Below, piece by piece: positions 63,575-64,000 of a DNA stretch of 64,000 nt. The stretch spans positions 46,812,001 through 46,876,000 of the forward strand of contig NC_087437.1 of assembly GCF_036321535.1 (NCBI RefSeq), in the 5' to 3' direction. How positions within the stretch are numbered: position 1 is the first letter of the stretch; the number at the start of each line of letters is the position of its first letter. The notes under the pieces were generated by a model. It saw only the letters and a list, made by a program, of their open reading frames with translations, did not search any database and was not told where the DNA came from. Both the position numbers and the translations under genes were made by a program. Origin of the DNA: Camelus dromedarius. Lineage: Eukaryota.

Positions 63575-63968
63575 TGTATTAGTGTGCTCAGGCTGCCACA
63601 ACAAAATAGCTCAGGCTAGGTGACTTAAACAACAGAGAGATTTTATCACAGTTCTAGAGGCGGGAAGTCTAAGATCAAGGTTCCAGCAGGGCTGGTTTCT
63701 AGTGAAGATTGTCTTCCTGGTTTGCTGATGACCACGTTCATACCATGTCCTCATGTGGCCTTTCCTCTGTGTGTGCACAGAGAGAGCATGAACTCTGGCA
63801 TCGCTTCTTCTTATATGAACACAAGTCCTATTAGGTTAGGACTCCACTCTTACGACATCATTTAACCTTAACTACCTCCATAGAGTTCCAACCTGCAAAT
63901 ATAGTTAAATTGGGAGGTCAGGACTGTAAAATGAATTTTGGGGGGAACACAATTCATAGTCCATAGCA
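63575..63968 (-). mobile_element. MLT1B-like MaLR solo LTR, full length
   Basis: tgtattag...ttaaacaacaga...cacagttctagagg..ggaagtctaagatcaagg...tgaattttggggg...ccatagca; possible diverged TSD gttat/gccat. Confidence 0.9.
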
Positions 63969-64000
63969 GCCATCTTATTTTTTTGACTTAATCCCCCCAA

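Noticed and set aside
1..64000. CRISPR array, operon or novel multi-gene system
   Set aside because: The sequence is mammalian repeat-rich non-coding DNA with no spaced repeat array and no long ORFs.

Overview
Mammalian, AT-rich, repeat-dense DNA. The two tRNA-Ala-derived SINEs and the young L1 3' ends point to a camelid (alpaca/camel), which is an inference from recognising the repeats. I found no intact protein-coding gene or recognisable coding exon. The main gene-derived feature is a ~4.57-kb processed pseudogene of the pseudophosphatase STYX on the minus strand (45574-50144). It has a CpG-rich 5' leader with a uORF, a disabled intronless CDS, a ~3.5-kb 3'UTR, an ATTAAA signal, a short poly(A) and a perfect 15-bp target-site duplication (TSD). 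The rest is L1 fragments (all on the + strand), L2, MIR, solo LTRs, hAT DNA transposons and microsatellites. The most unusual structures are: an 81-bp inverted copy of a segment 18 kb away pasted into a MIR; an L1 with a short 3' transduction; a SINE+L1 composite inside one TSD pair; and a retained CpG island with an A/T-to-G/C substitution bias at the retrocopy's 5' end. I found no evidence for a new multi-gene system. Repeat subfamily names come from remembered consensus sequences and repeat boundaries are approximate.
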